A DNA stretch of 64,000 nt from Aggregatilineales bacterium. Lineage in GTDB: Bacteria; Chloroflexota; Anaerolineae; Aggregatilineales; Ch27. The notes under the pieces were generated by a model that worked only from the letters and a program-made list of their open reading frames with translations, was not told where the DNA came from and searched no databases. This document shows positions 29,551 through 38,989 of the stretch, piece by piece. Position numbers and translations under genes: made by a program. Position 1 is the stretch's first letter. Each line of letters opens with the position of its first letter. The DNA lies in NCBI GenBank assembly GCA_029976025.1, contig JARKNX010000021.1, forward strand, positions 19,624 to 83,623, written 5' to 3'.

Positions 29551-30963
29551 ATGATCGATCCCAGTCTGATTGTCTCCTGCTCGGCCAGCACGGCGTGCAG
29601 CCTGGCCCATGCCATCATCATGAGCGTGCTGATCTTTGCCACGCTGATGGGCGGCTTCGCCTACACGACCTGGCTGGAACGACGGCTGGTCTCCCGCTTC
29701 CAGCACCGGGTTGGGCCGAACCGGGTCGGGCCGGCTGGCCTGCTCCAGCCCGTTGCCGATGGCATCAAGCTAATCTTCAAAGAAGACTTCATCCCGGCGG
29801 AGGCGGATAAAGCCATCTACCTGCTGGCCCCGATTCTCAAGGCGGTCCCGGCCCTGATTGTGCTGGCCGTGGTGCCGCTCGGCCCGCCGATCCTGATCCC
29901 GTGGTTTGACGGCCTGTGGTATCAGGTGCCGCTGGGCATCGCCGATGTCAATGTCGGCGTGCTGTGGCTGCTGGCGATCACCAGCATCGGCACTTACGGC
30001 GTCGTGCTGGCCGGCTGGTCCAGCGGCAACAAGTACTCCATGCTCGGCGGCCTGCGTTCCAGCGCCCAGATGATCAGCTATGAGCTGAGCATGGGCCTCT
30101 CTATGCTGGTCCCGGTCATGATTGTCGGCAGCCTCTCCATTGCCGATATCATCAACGGGCAAACGGCGCCGCCAATTGTCGGCTGGTATCTCTGGCAGAA
30201 TCCGCTGGCGGCGGCAGTACTGATGATCGCCATGCTGGCGGAGGTCAACCGCTCGCCCTTCGATATGCCGGAAGCGGAGTCGGAGCTGGTCGGCGGCTAC
30301 CACACTGAGTACAGCGGCATGAAGTTCGCCCTGTTCTTCGCGGCGGAATACATCGGCATGATCGCCATCAGCGCTATTGCCGCCTCGATGTTCTTCGGCG
30401 GTTATCACTGGCCGCTCCCGGCCACGTGGGCGCCGATCTTCGGGCCGGTCAATATGTTCATCAAAATCGTGCTGTTCCTCAGCGGCATGGTCTGGATACG
30501 GGCCACATTGCCCCGTATCCGCTATGACCGCCTGATGGCCTTCGGCTGGAAGGTGATGTTCCCGCTGGCGCTGCTGGCGCTGGCCTGGACGGCTGTCGTC
30601 CTGGTGGTGGCCGACATGGCGGAAGATCCGCTGGTCTACCAGCTCGTGGCCGGGCTGGTGATGGGCGTGGTCGCCCTGTTCCTGCTCATCTGGACGTGGC
30701 GGCGCAGCCAGCGCAGCGCCGCGCCCCTGGATGTCACCGATTCGCGCAACAGCGTCGGCTGGGCGATCGTGCATGCCATTGGCGCGATTGTGGCGGCGCC
30801 CTTCGCCGTCTATGACTGGCTGATGGCGCACCGGGGCGGATTCTCGGGCCTGTGGGATGTCACCCGCCGGGAAGAAGCCGCGCGCCGCGCGGCCCGGGCC
30901 GCGGCCGCCGCCGCAGCAGCCGCTGAAGCAGAAGCACCGACGGATACAGATAACGCGGAGTGA
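29551..30963 (+). CDS. nuoH: NADH-quinone oxidoreductase subunit H with C-terminal extension
   Basis: QHRVGPNRVGP.GLLQPVADGIKL, AQMISYE, NRSPFDMPEAESELVGGYHTEYS. Confidence 0.96.
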   Translation: MIDPSLIVSCSASTACSLAHAIIMSVLIFATLMGGFAYTTWLERRLVSRFQHRVGPNRVGPAGLLQPVADGIKLIFKEDFIPAEADKAIYLLAPILKAVPALIVLAVVPLGPPILIPWFDGLWYQVPLGIADVNVGVLWLLAITSIGTYGVVLAGWSSGNKYSMLGGLRSSAQMISYELSMGLSMLVPVMIVGSLSIADIINGQTAPPIVGWYLWQNPLAAAVLMIAMLAEVNRSPFDMPEAESELVGGYHTEYSGMKFALFFAAEYIGMIAISAIAASMFFGGYHWPLPATWAPIFGPVNMFIKIVLFLSGMVWIRATLPRIRYDRLMAFGWKVMFPLALLALAWTAVVLVVADMAEDPLVYQLVAGLVMGVVALFLLIWTWRRSQRSAAPLDVTDSRNSVGWAIVHAIGAIVAAPFAVYDWLMAHRGGFSGLWDVTRREEAARRAARAAAAAAAAAEAEAPTDTDNAE

Positions 30964-31017
30964 TTATAAAAGCGACCGGTACGCGGGGGGAAGAGTCTCA
31001 CTGAGAGGGAGTAACCT

Positions 31018-31512
31018 GTGAACCTGATACGCGGATTTGTGACAACTTTCAAATACCTGTTCCGCGAGCCGGTAACCTACCAGTATCCGGAGCAGGAACG
31101 CCCCTTCCGGGAGCGTTATAAGGGCCGTCACGCCCTCAAGCGTTACGACAACGGCCTGGAGAAGTGCATTGGCTGCGCGCTGTGCGCGGCGGCCTGCCCG
31201 GCGGACGCTATCTGGGTAGAAGCGGCGGAAAATACGGACGAAGTACGCTACAGCCCCGGCGAGCGTTACGCCAAGACATACGAGATCAACATGCTGCGCT
31301 GCATCTTTTGTGGCTATTGTGAGGACGCCTGCCCGACTGAAGCGATTGTGCTGGAGCATGAGCACCGGCTGAGCTTCACCGACCGCCGGGACGCTATCTA
31401 CACCAAGGCCGACCTGCTCGACCCCCCGTCGGACGGGGTTCCCGATACGCCGCAGCGTGTCCCTCCGGGGAGCTTTGACCGCTCCATCCCGGATATGCAA
31501 AACCCGCTTTAG
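31018..31512 (+). CDS. nuoI: NADH-quinone oxidoreductase subunit I
   Basis: CIGCALCAAACP and CIFCGYCEDACP. Confidence 0.97.
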   Translation: MNLIRGFVTTFKYLFREPVTYQYPEQERPFRERYKGRHALKRYDNGLEKCIGCALCAAACPADAIWVEAAENTDEVRYSPGERYAKTYEINMLRCIFCGYCEDACPTEAIVLEHEHRLSFTDRRDAIYTKADLLDPPSDGVPDTPQRVPPGSFDRSIPDMQNPL

Positions 31513-31519
31513 GGTGTCC

Positions 31520-31558
31520 CAGCCGGTGCAAGCCTTTGCCGCTCCCGGCTGATTTTTT
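31520..31558 (+). terminator. Probable intrinsic terminator after nuoI
   Basis: cagccgg/ccggctg stem followed by atttttt. Confidence 0.5.
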
Positions 31559-31659
31559 GCCTGCCCGAAACGGCACATGTCCCCTGATATTGCGCCGGGG
31601 ACTCTCTATGCTGTTCGGGCTTTCGCTTAGTGACAAGAAGGAGGTTTCATAAACCCGAG

Positions 31660-32769
31660 ATGCGCGTTGCGGTTCTGGCGAACCTTAAGCAGAACGCTCC
31701 GACCTGGGAAGGCATGTCGCCGGACCAGTGGGATGATCTTGACAGTCCTAAAACGGTCAACGCCCTCATCGCCGCTATTAAGTCGCGCGGGCACCAGGCT
31801 GAATTCCTGGAAGCCAACATCCGTCCGCCGCACAACCTGATCCAGCGCCTGGAGGAGTACAACCCTGATATCTGCTTCAATATCGCCGAGAGCCACTTTG
31901 GCGACGGGCGAGAAGCGCAGGTCCCGGCGATACTGGAAATGCTGGAGATTCCTTACACTGGCAGTAAGGTGTTAACTCTGGCGTTGGCCCTGGATAAGCC
32001 AATGACCAAGCGCATCCTGTGGTATCACGGGCTGCCCACGCCTGAGTTTCAGGTGTTCGATCGGCCCGACGAAGCAATTGAGGAAGATCTGCTGGACGAG
32101 GCCCAAAAAGAGCTGCGCTTTCCGTTGTTCGTCAAACCCAGCCGCGAAGGCACCAGCATGGGCGTCAGCTCAGAGAGCATCGTCTATACTGTTGATCAGC
32201 TTTATACTCAGGTGAGGCGCCAGCTTAAGCTGTACAAGCAGCCGATTCTGGTGGAACACTTCATCGAGGGGCGCGAACTGACGGTCGGCATGGTCGGCAA
32301 TATCGCTGAGCCGGTCGCCCGTCGTATCAGCGATCACGCCATGCGTACCGCCCTCCCTGACGGGCTGAACTTCTTCCCGATCATGGAGATCAATACCGCC
32401 GCCTACCGGGAATCGGAGGCCGGCCTTTACACCAACCGCATGAAGGTGGAGCTGGCTGAGGATTACTACTACCTGTGCCCGGCGCCTGTTGGAGAGGACC
32501 TGGCCTTTGAGCTTAAGGCGCTGGCCGGAGCGGTGTTCCGCGTGATCGGCTGCAAAGATGTCGCCCGCGTGGACTTCCGGCTGGATCAGGCGAACAACGA
32601 TAAGCCGTATATTCTGGAAGTGAATACGCTGCCCGGTCTGAACCCGGGGTACAGCGATCTGTGCATTCAGGCTCACGCCGCCGGCTGGACTTACGAGGAC
32701 CTGGTCAATACCATCCTCGACCTGGCTGTAGAGCGCCAGGCCCGCCCCGGCGTATACGCGCAGGGATAG
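31660..32769 (+). CDS. D-Ala-D-Ala ligase-like ATP-grasp protein
   Basis: IPYTGS, ALDK, FVKPSREGTSMG, EHFIEGRE, ARVDFR, LEVNTLPGL. Confidence 0.88.
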   Translation: MRVAVLANLKQNAPTWEGMSPDQWDDLDSPKTVNALIAAIKSRGHQAEFLEANIRPPHNLIQRLEEYNPDICFNIAESHFGDGREAQVPAILEMLEIPYTGSKVLTLALALDKPMTKRILWYHGLPTPEFQVFDRPDEAIEEDLLDEAQKELRFPLFVKPSREGTSMGVSSESIVYTVDQLYTQVRRQLKLYKQPILVEHFIEGRELTVGMVGNIAEPVARRISDHAMRTALPDGLNFFPIMEINTAAYRESEAGLYTNRMKVELAEDYYYLCPAPVGEDLAFELKALAGAVFRVIGCKDVARVDFRLDQANNDKPYILEVNTLPGLNPGYSDLCIQAHAAGWTYEDLVNTILDLAVERQARPGVYAQG

Positions 32770-33090
32770 CGATGTTGAAATCAGAACGGATCGGGGGCCT
32801 AAATGATGCAGGTCCCCGGCCCTTCTGTTACAATACAGGCAATACCCCCTGGCGGACGGCCTGCCGGGGGGAAAGAAAGAACGGGGGGCCGCCAGCAGTC
32901 CGGGCGGGCGTAGGGGAAGAGACAGGCTTCTGACTCGCCCGCCAGCCCGGTGAGGGCGGTGACCGGGGGGCACAGCGCCGCATTTTCGCCCGTATAAACC
33001 GGGAAAAACCCTGACATTCGTTGTATCATGGCGGCCTGGCGATTTTTGCCCTGGCGAATACGCCATCTGGAATTGGACTATTTGGGTCAT

Positions 33091-33108
33091 TTGCGCTAAA
33101 CTGCACAA
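33091..33108. promoter_or_regulatory. Palindromic operator (Rex-like) overlapping the nuoJ -10
   Basis: TTGCGC-TAAACT-GCACAA; TGGACT-17-TAAACT promoter. Confidence 0.35.
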
Positions 33109-33138
33109 GCGCAACTATTTCTGGACAGGACAACGCCT

Positions 33139-34422
33139 ATGACGGAAGTGTTTGTTTTTTTGATCGTCGGCGCGATCGCCATCCTGTCAGCAGCCTTTAT
33201 GCTGATCAGTGAGAACGCGGTCCACAGCGCGCTCTTCCTGGTCCTGAACTTCTTTTGTGTCGCCTTCTTCTTTCTGACCCTCAGCGCGCCGTTCATCGCC
33301 CTGATTCAGATCACGGTTTATGCTGGCGCGATCATGGTGCTGTTTCTGTTCGTGATCATGCTGCTGGGGGCGGAACGGGTTGTGCCCGGCGCCGGGCCGT
33401 ACCACTGGCTGCCCCGGGCCGCGATCGCCCTGGCTCTGGTCTTCCTGCTGACGATCGGCCTCGCCGTGGCTGGCGGAAATGTGAACTTCAATAATCCGCC
33501 GCCGCCGCAGCCGATGCTGCGCCTGATCCACGCCGCCGACGGCCCGCCGTTTGATGTTTACCTCAACAACCAGCTCTTTGAAGAGAACGTGGTCTACCGC
33601 CAGGCCACCGGCTACCGGTCTGTGCCCGCCGGCGAATATGCGATCGCCATCTATCCGGCCGGGGCGGACCCGGCCACGTCGGCCCCGGCTATTCTGGGCG
33701 ACTTCACGCTGACCAATAACTCGGCGATCAGCGTGGCCATGCTGGGGGCCGGCAGCACGTACACCCTGAGCCGCCTGGTGGATAATCCGTTCTCAACCGG
33801 GGCGGATCAGGCCCGCCTGACCGTGCTCAATGGCCTGCCGGACGCCGGCCCGATCGATCTGGTGGACCCCGGCCTGCCTTCCACGACGGATGACGACGAT
33901 GTCCTGATCGCCAGCGCTTCGTTCGCCGAGCCGATCGGGACGCTGCTTGTCGAAGCCGCCGAAGCGCGCACGCTGACTATCCGGCCTTCCGGCAGCCCGG
34001 GGGCCAGCCCGCTGGTGACCTATCACGATCTGGCGCTGGCGCGCGACACCAACAACATCCTGATACCGTCGCCGGAACGGCTTTCGACCGGCGGGATGCG
34101 CGTCGTCCCCCTGGTGATCGCCACCGCCGCCCTGCCGGAGTTCGGCAGCCCGCAGGCGGTCGGCGCGGAGCTGTATACCGCCTATCTGCTGCCGTTTGAG
34201 CTGGTGTCCGTGCTGCTGCTGACGGCTATGGTCGGCGCTGTGGTGCTGACCCGCCGCGATCTGATTGCCGAACATCGCCCGCGCCGCCAGGTCGTGCGCA
34301 GGCCGCTGGTCGGGCCGCAGGCGGCCTCTGCCCTGGCGACGCAGATCGGGGACCAGGAGTCTGTCGAGCAGATTCTCTCCGAGCCGGCTCCGCCCGCTGA
34401 GCCGACGCCGGAGGGCACGTAG
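33139..34422 (+). CDS. nuoJ: NADH-quinone oxidoreductase subunit J with DUF4397-like insertion
   Basis: [48 protein letters not shown]; 427 aa. Confidence 0.93.
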   Translation: MTEVFVFLIVGAIAILSAAFMLISENAVHSALFLVLNFFCVAFFFLTLSAPFIALIQITVYAGAIMVLFLFVIMLLGAERVVPGAGPYHWLPRAAIALALVFLLTIGLAVAGGNVNFNNPPPPQPMLRLIHAADGPPFDVYLNNQLFEENVVYRQATGYRSVPAGEYAIAIYPAGADPATSAPAILGDFTLTNNSAISVAMLGAGSTYTLSRLVDNPFSTGADQARLTVLNGLPDAGPIDLVDPGLPSTTDDDDVLIASASFAEPIGTLLVEAAEARTLTIRPSGSPGASPLVTYHDLALARDTNNILIPSPERLSTGGMRVVPLVIATAALPEFGSPQAVGAELYTAYLLPFELVSVLLLTAMVGAVVLTRRDLIAEHRPRRQVVRRPLVGPQAASALATQIGDQESVEQILSEPAPPAEPTPEGT

Positions 34423-34430
34423 GAGGGCCA

Positions 34431-34751
34431 ATGGAGCCGATCCCTGTTTTTGTGCCGACTGAGCTGTATCTGGCGCTGGCCGTCGTCCTCTTTGTGATGG
34501 GGGCGCTCGGCGTAGTTATCCGGCGCAGCGCCATTCTGATCTTTATGTCGATTGAGCTGATGCTCAACGCTGGCAATCTGGCTATTGTCGCCTTTGCCCG
34601 CCACTGGGGACAGGTCGGCGGGCAGGTCCTGGTGTTCTTTGTGATGACGGTGGCGGCGGCAGAAGTGGCTGTCGGTCTGGCCCTGATTGTGACGATCTTC
34701 CGCTCCAGGCGCAGCATCAACGTTGACGAGCTGCACCAGATGGAAGGCTAG
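34431..34751 (+). CDS. nuoK: NADH-quinone oxidoreductase subunit K
   Basis: [21 protein letters not shown]. Confidence 0.97.
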   Translation: MEPIPVFVPTELYLALAVVLFVMGALGVVIRRSAILIFMSIELMLNAGNLAIVAFARHWGQVGGQVLVFFVMTVAAAEVAVGLALIVTIFRSRRSINVDELHQMEG

Positions 34752-34852
34752 AGCGGCCTCCGCCGGCTGCTTCCTGAAGGCGCCCCCGCCGGGCAGGCGT
34801 TATCCGGGGGGGCAGGGTGGGCTTCACCGCATATACGTGAAGGCAAGGGTTT

Positions 34853-37216
34853 ATGGAAAACCTGGCGCAACTGGTTCCACTGGTTATCATCGCTCCGCTG
34901 ATCGGGATGTTGATCAACCTGTTCCTGGGTAAGTACCTGGGCGAACGAGGGGTTGGCATGGTCGCCATCGGCGCGGCGCTGATCGCCTTTGTCGTGGCGG
35001 TGCTGCTGCTTGTCCAGCAGACGGCGACAGGGTACGCGCCGGTGGTGGTCGAGATCCCCTTCTTCTCGCGCTGGATCGACGTGCCGGCGGCGGCCCTCTA
35101 TATCGGGTGGCAGTTCCGCGTGGACACGCTCAGCGTGACCATGATGCTGGTCGTGGCTGGCGTCGGCTCCCTGATCCACTTTTACGCCACCGGTTACATG
35201 CACGGCGACTCGATGTACCCGCGCTTCTTCGTCTACCTCAACATGTTCCTCGTCTTCATGATGTTGCTGGTGACGGGCAACAATTTCCTGGTCCTCTTCA
35301 TCGGCTGGGAAGGCGTGGGATTTTGCAGTTACATCCTGATCAGCTTCTGGTGGGACAGGGCGCAAAAGGACAAGCAGTTCGGCACTGTCGGCTGGAAGAA
35401 CTCCCTGGCCGGGCGCAAGGCTTTCATCGTCAACCGCGTTGGCGACTTCGGCCTGCTGATCGCGCTCTTCCTCACCTTCTGGACCTTCGGCACGCTGGAT
35501 TTCTACAAGCCGGGCGAGGTCCCGATCCAGTCCGTACACGAACAGACGCGGGTGATTGAGGTCGTGCGCACCGATGAAACGGCGCCCGCCCCGGCCAGCC
35601 CTGCCCTGGACGAGCCGCACCCGGCCGCGATGGGCGTCTTTAACCAGGCCGAACAGATGATGGCGGAAGGCGCCACAGTCAGCTTCGGCTCGATCACGAT
35701 GCCGATTCAGACCGTGCTCACCCTGATCGCGCTGTTCATGCTGCTGGGCGTGACCGGCAAGAGCGCCCAGATTCCGCTGTTCGTCTGGCTGCCGGATGCG
35801 ATGGCCGGCCCGACCCCGGTCAGCGCCCTGATCCACGCGGCGACGATGGTTACTGCTGGCGTCTACCTGATCGTCCGCAGCCAGGTGTTTTACCATTACG
35901 CGCCGTTCGCCAGCGGGGTGGTGACCCTGGTCGGGGCGGTCACGGCTCTGGTCGGCGGCTTCATCGCCCTCGGTCAGTGGGATATCAAGAAGGTGCTCGC
36001 CTACAGCACCGTCAGCCAGCTTGGCTTCATGGTGGCGGCGGCGGGCATCGGGGCCTACACGGCGGCCATGTTCCACCTGGCGGCACATGCCCTGTTCAAG
36101 GCGCTCCTCTTCCTCGGCAGCGGGGTGGTGATTCACGCTGTGGAGCACGGCTACCATCACGTCCAGCATCTGAAGGAGGGCGAGCATCACGCGGAACACG
36201 GCGGCGACGCCCCCGAAGATGAGGAGGAGCCGTTCGACCCGCAGGATATGCGCAATATGGGCGGGTTGAAGGCCAGTATGCGTCGGACGTACTGGTTCTA
36301 CCTGATCGGCGCGCTGGCGCTGGCCGGCATCTTCCCGCTGGCCGGGTTCTGGTCCAAGGATGAAATCCTGGCGGAAGGGCTTATGCGGGGCTTTGTGGAA
36401 GGCGACCTGGTCGGCTACATTGCCTTCGGCCTGCTCTTTATCTCGGCCCTGCTGACGGCGTTCTATATGGGCCGCCAGGTGATCCTGGTCTTCCACGGCC
36501 AGCCGCGCACCGAAGCCGCCCGGTACGCCGGGGAGCGCGCCTACGGCATGCGGGTGATGGTCAACGTCCTGGCCGTGCTGGCTGTGGGCACTGTCGTTTT
36601 TGGCTTCATTAATGTGGCGTCGGGCTTCTGGGTGGTGGATCGGATTATCAGGCCGCATGTGTTCGCCGACTGGCTGCAGCACACTGTCGTTTACGCCCAC
36701 CCGGCCAACGCATTGATGGGCGTGGCTATCCTGGCGGTGGCCGGCGCCGTGATTATGATTCTGGCGGCGCGGAGCATATACCTGCACAGGCCGGTGGTGG
36801 AAGGCGACAAGGACCCGCTCCAGGTCAACCCGCAAACCGAAGGGCTGTTCGCCCTGGCCAATGCCCGGATGTTCTGGGATGAGATTTACGACAAATATAT
36901 TGTGGTGCCGTTCACACGGGCCGGGCACTGGCTGGCTGACCGGCTGGATTCGGCCTTCCTGCACGATTTCGTGCACGATGTCCTGCTCGTGAAGACTTTC
37001 AACGGCGTGGCGCGGCTCCTGGGCCGGCCGGTGGACCTGGGCATCATTGATGGTGCGGTGAACGGCCTCGGGCGTCTGGCGCAGGCCATAGCCGGGCCGC
37101 TGGGCCGCCTGCAGACCGGCTACGTGCGCGTCTATGCGCTGAGCGTGTTCATCGGCGCGCTGCTGGTCATTGTTCTGCTGTTGCTGCCGCTCTTGCAGGT
37201 TATGGGCGGCAATTAG
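34853..37216 (+). CDS. nuoL: NADH-quinone oxidoreductase subunit L
   Basis: GWEGVG, KAFIVNRVGD, GKSAQIPL..WLPDAMAGPTPVSALIHAATMVTAG, HALFKA, LQTGYVR. Confidence 0.97.
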   Translation: MENLAQLVPLVIIAPLIGMLINLFLGKYLGERGVGMVAIGAALIAFVVAVLLLVQQTATGYAPVVVEIPFFSRWIDVPAAALYIGWQFRVDTLSVTMMLVVAGVGSLIHFYATGYMHGDSMYPRFFVYLNMFLVFMMLLVTGNNFLVLFIGWEGVGFCSYILISFWWDRAQKDKQFGTVGWKNSLAGRKAFIVNRVGDFGLLIALFLTFWTFGTLDFYKPGEVPIQSVHEQTRVIEVVRTDETAPAPASPALDEPHPAAMGVFNQAEQMMAEGATVSFGSITMPIQTVLTLIALFMLLGVTGKSAQIPLFVWLPDAMAGPTPVSALIHAATMVTAGVYLIVRSQVFYHYAPFASGVVTLVGAVTALVGGFIALGQWDIKKVLAYSTVSQLGFMVAAAGIGAYTAAMFHLAAHALFKALLFLGSGVVIHAVEHGYHHVQHLKEGEHHAEHGGDAPEDEEEPFDPQDMRNMGGLKASMRRTYWFYLIGALALAGIFPLAGFWSKDEILAEGLMRGFVEGDLVGYIAFGLLFISALLTAFYMGRQVILVFHGQPRTEAARYAGERAYGMRVMVNVLAVLAVGTVVFGFINVASGFWVVDRIIRPHVFADWLQHTVVYAHPANALMGVAILAVAGAVIMILAARSIYLHRPVVEGDKDPLQVNPQTEGLFALANARMFWDEIYDKYIVVPFTRAGHWLADRLDSAFLHDFVHDVLLVKTFNGVARLLGRPVDLGIIDGAVNGLGRLAQAIAGPLGRLQTGYVRVYALSVFIGALLVIVLLLLPLLQVMGGN

Positions 37217-37254
37217 CCGCCATAAGCGAACCGTTCTACGGGGGAACGCATCTT

Positions 37255-38784
37255 ATGGAAAATACCGGGATTTCGCTGACCACGCTGACCCTGTTCGTGC
37301 CGCTGATCGGCATGCTGGTGCTGCTGTTCATCCCGCGGAGCCAGGAACATACCATCCGCTGGGTATCTCTGGCGACCACGGTGATCACCTTTGTGATGAC
37401 CCTGCTCATGCTGGCCGCCTTCAACAGCGGCGACCCCGATCTTCAGCTTGTGACGTATATGAGCTGGATCCCCCAGTGGGGCATCAGCTACTACGTCGGC
37501 GTCGATGGGCTGAGTATCCTGCTGGTGCTGATGACCAGCTTCATCATGCCCTCGGCCATCCTGGTGAGCTGGAAGTCCATCAAGGAGCGGGTCAAGCTGT
37601 ACTACGCCTTCATGCTCCTGTTGCAGTGGGCCATGATCGGCGTGTTCGTGGCGCAGGACCTCTTCCTGTTCTACATATTCTGGGAAGTCACCCTGATCCC
37701 GATGTACTTCCTGATCGGCATCTGGGGCGCGGAGAACCGCGTATACGCCGCCGTCAAGTTCTTCCTCTACACGATGGCCGGCTCGATCCTGATGCTGCTG
37801 GCGATCCTGTTCCTGGGTAACGAGGGCGGGACCTTCGCCGTCCCGCAGCTTGTGGAAGCTGTCCGCAACGGCACGCTCCAGTACGCGCCCGGCATTGAGA
37901 TGCTGCTCTTCGTGGGCTTCGCCATCGCCTTCGCCATCAAGGTCCCGGTCTGGCCGCTGCACTCGTGGCTCCCGGATGCCCACGTGCAGGCCCCGACCGC
38001 CGGGTCGGTCATCCTGGCCGGCATCCTGCTGAAGATGGGGACCTACGGCTTCGTGCGCTTCAACCTGCCGCTGTTCCCGCAGGCCAGCGTGGAAGCCGCG
38101 CCGGTTGTGGCCCTCCTGGCCGTGATCGGCATCCTTTACGGCGCCTGGGTGAGCTACGCGCAGGATGACGCCAAGAAGCTGGTCGCCTATTCGTCGGTCA
38201 GCCACCTCGGTTTTGTGATGCTCGGCATCTTCGCCCTGACCGCCGCCGGCATCCAGGGCGGTATCCTGCAGATGGTCAACCACGGCATCAGCACGGGCGC
38301 GCTGTTTATCCTCGTCGGCATCCTGTACGAAAGGCGGCATACTAAAGCGCTGGCGGCGTTCGGCGGCATATGGAAGGTCCTGCCGGTCTTTGGTGGGCTG
38401 AGCCTGATCTTCGTCCTGAGCAGCATGGGCCTGCCCGGCCTCAACGGCTTCGTCGGCGAGTTCACCATCCTGCTCGGCGCGATGGGCAGCGATGTGTTGA
38501 GCTTCTTCTTCACCTTCTTCGCCACCCTCGGCGTGATTATGGCCGCCATCTACCTGCTGTACCTGTTCCAGAAGATCTTCATGGGGCCGGTGGACAAGCC
38601 GGAGAATGAGGCGCTCAAGGATCAGCCGCTGACCTGGCAGGAATACGCCGCCCTGATCCCGCTCCTGATTCTGGTCTTCTGGATCGGCCTGCAGCCGGCG
38701 GGCTGGTTCGCCCAGATGAGCGCGTCCGTCAGCCAGCTTGTCGCCCAGATCGGCCCCTACGTCCAACTGGCGGCCGGCGGGTAA
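37255..38784 (+). CDS. nuoM: NADH-quinone oxidoreductase subunit M
   Basis: FWEVTLIPMY, IKVP..PLHSWLPDAH, LLKMGTYG, FVGEF. Confidence 0.97.
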   Translation: MENTGISLTTLTLFVPLIGMLVLLFIPRSQEHTIRWVSLATTVITFVMTLLMLAAFNSGDPDLQLVTYMSWIPQWGISYYVGVDGLSILLVLMTSFIMPSAILVSWKSIKERVKLYYAFMLLLQWAMIGVFVAQDLFLFYIFWEVTLIPMYFLIGIWGAENRVYAAVKFFLYTMAGSILMLLAILFLGNEGGTFAVPQLVEAVRNGTLQYAPGIEMLLFVGFAIAFAIKVPVWPLHSWLPDAHVQAPTAGSVILAGILLKMGTYGFVRFNLPLFPQASVEAAPVVALLAVIGILYGAWVSYAQDDAKKLVAYSSVSHLGFVMLGIFALTAAGIQGGILQMVNHGISTGALFILVGILYERRHTKALAAFGGIWKVLPVFGGLSLIFVLSSMGLPGLNGFVGEFTILLGAMGSDVLSFFFTFFATLGVIMAAIYLLYLFQKIFMGPVDKPENEALKDQPLTWQEYAALIPLLILVFWIGLQPAGWFAQMSASVSQLVAQIGPYVQLAAGG

Positions 38785-38804
38785 GCGGCAATCCCGCAGC
38801 ATAC

Positions 38805-38833
38805 AGGGGCGTCCGGCGAGGGCGCCCTTTTTT
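38805..38833 (+). terminator. Intrinsic terminator after nuoM
   Basis: ggggcgtcc/gggcgccct stem followed by a T-tract. Confidence 0.75.
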
Positions 38834-38989
38834 GTCGCCTGTGCGGGGGAGGATCCTCCGGGGTTCACGGCGTGGTGGGACTTCAGGGCAATAGTCCCGG
38901 CGAGCGTGCCCGGCTATAATGGGGGCATGTGGCTGTCCCGGGGACGATCGTCATACAGGCCGCCGGGAGGATGGGGAGGAGTGGGCATT

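Noticed and set aside
32770-33138. Known riboswitch upstream of nuoJ
   Set aside because: Hairpins are present but match no aptamer consensus I recognise; a proximal promoter sits at 33074-33102
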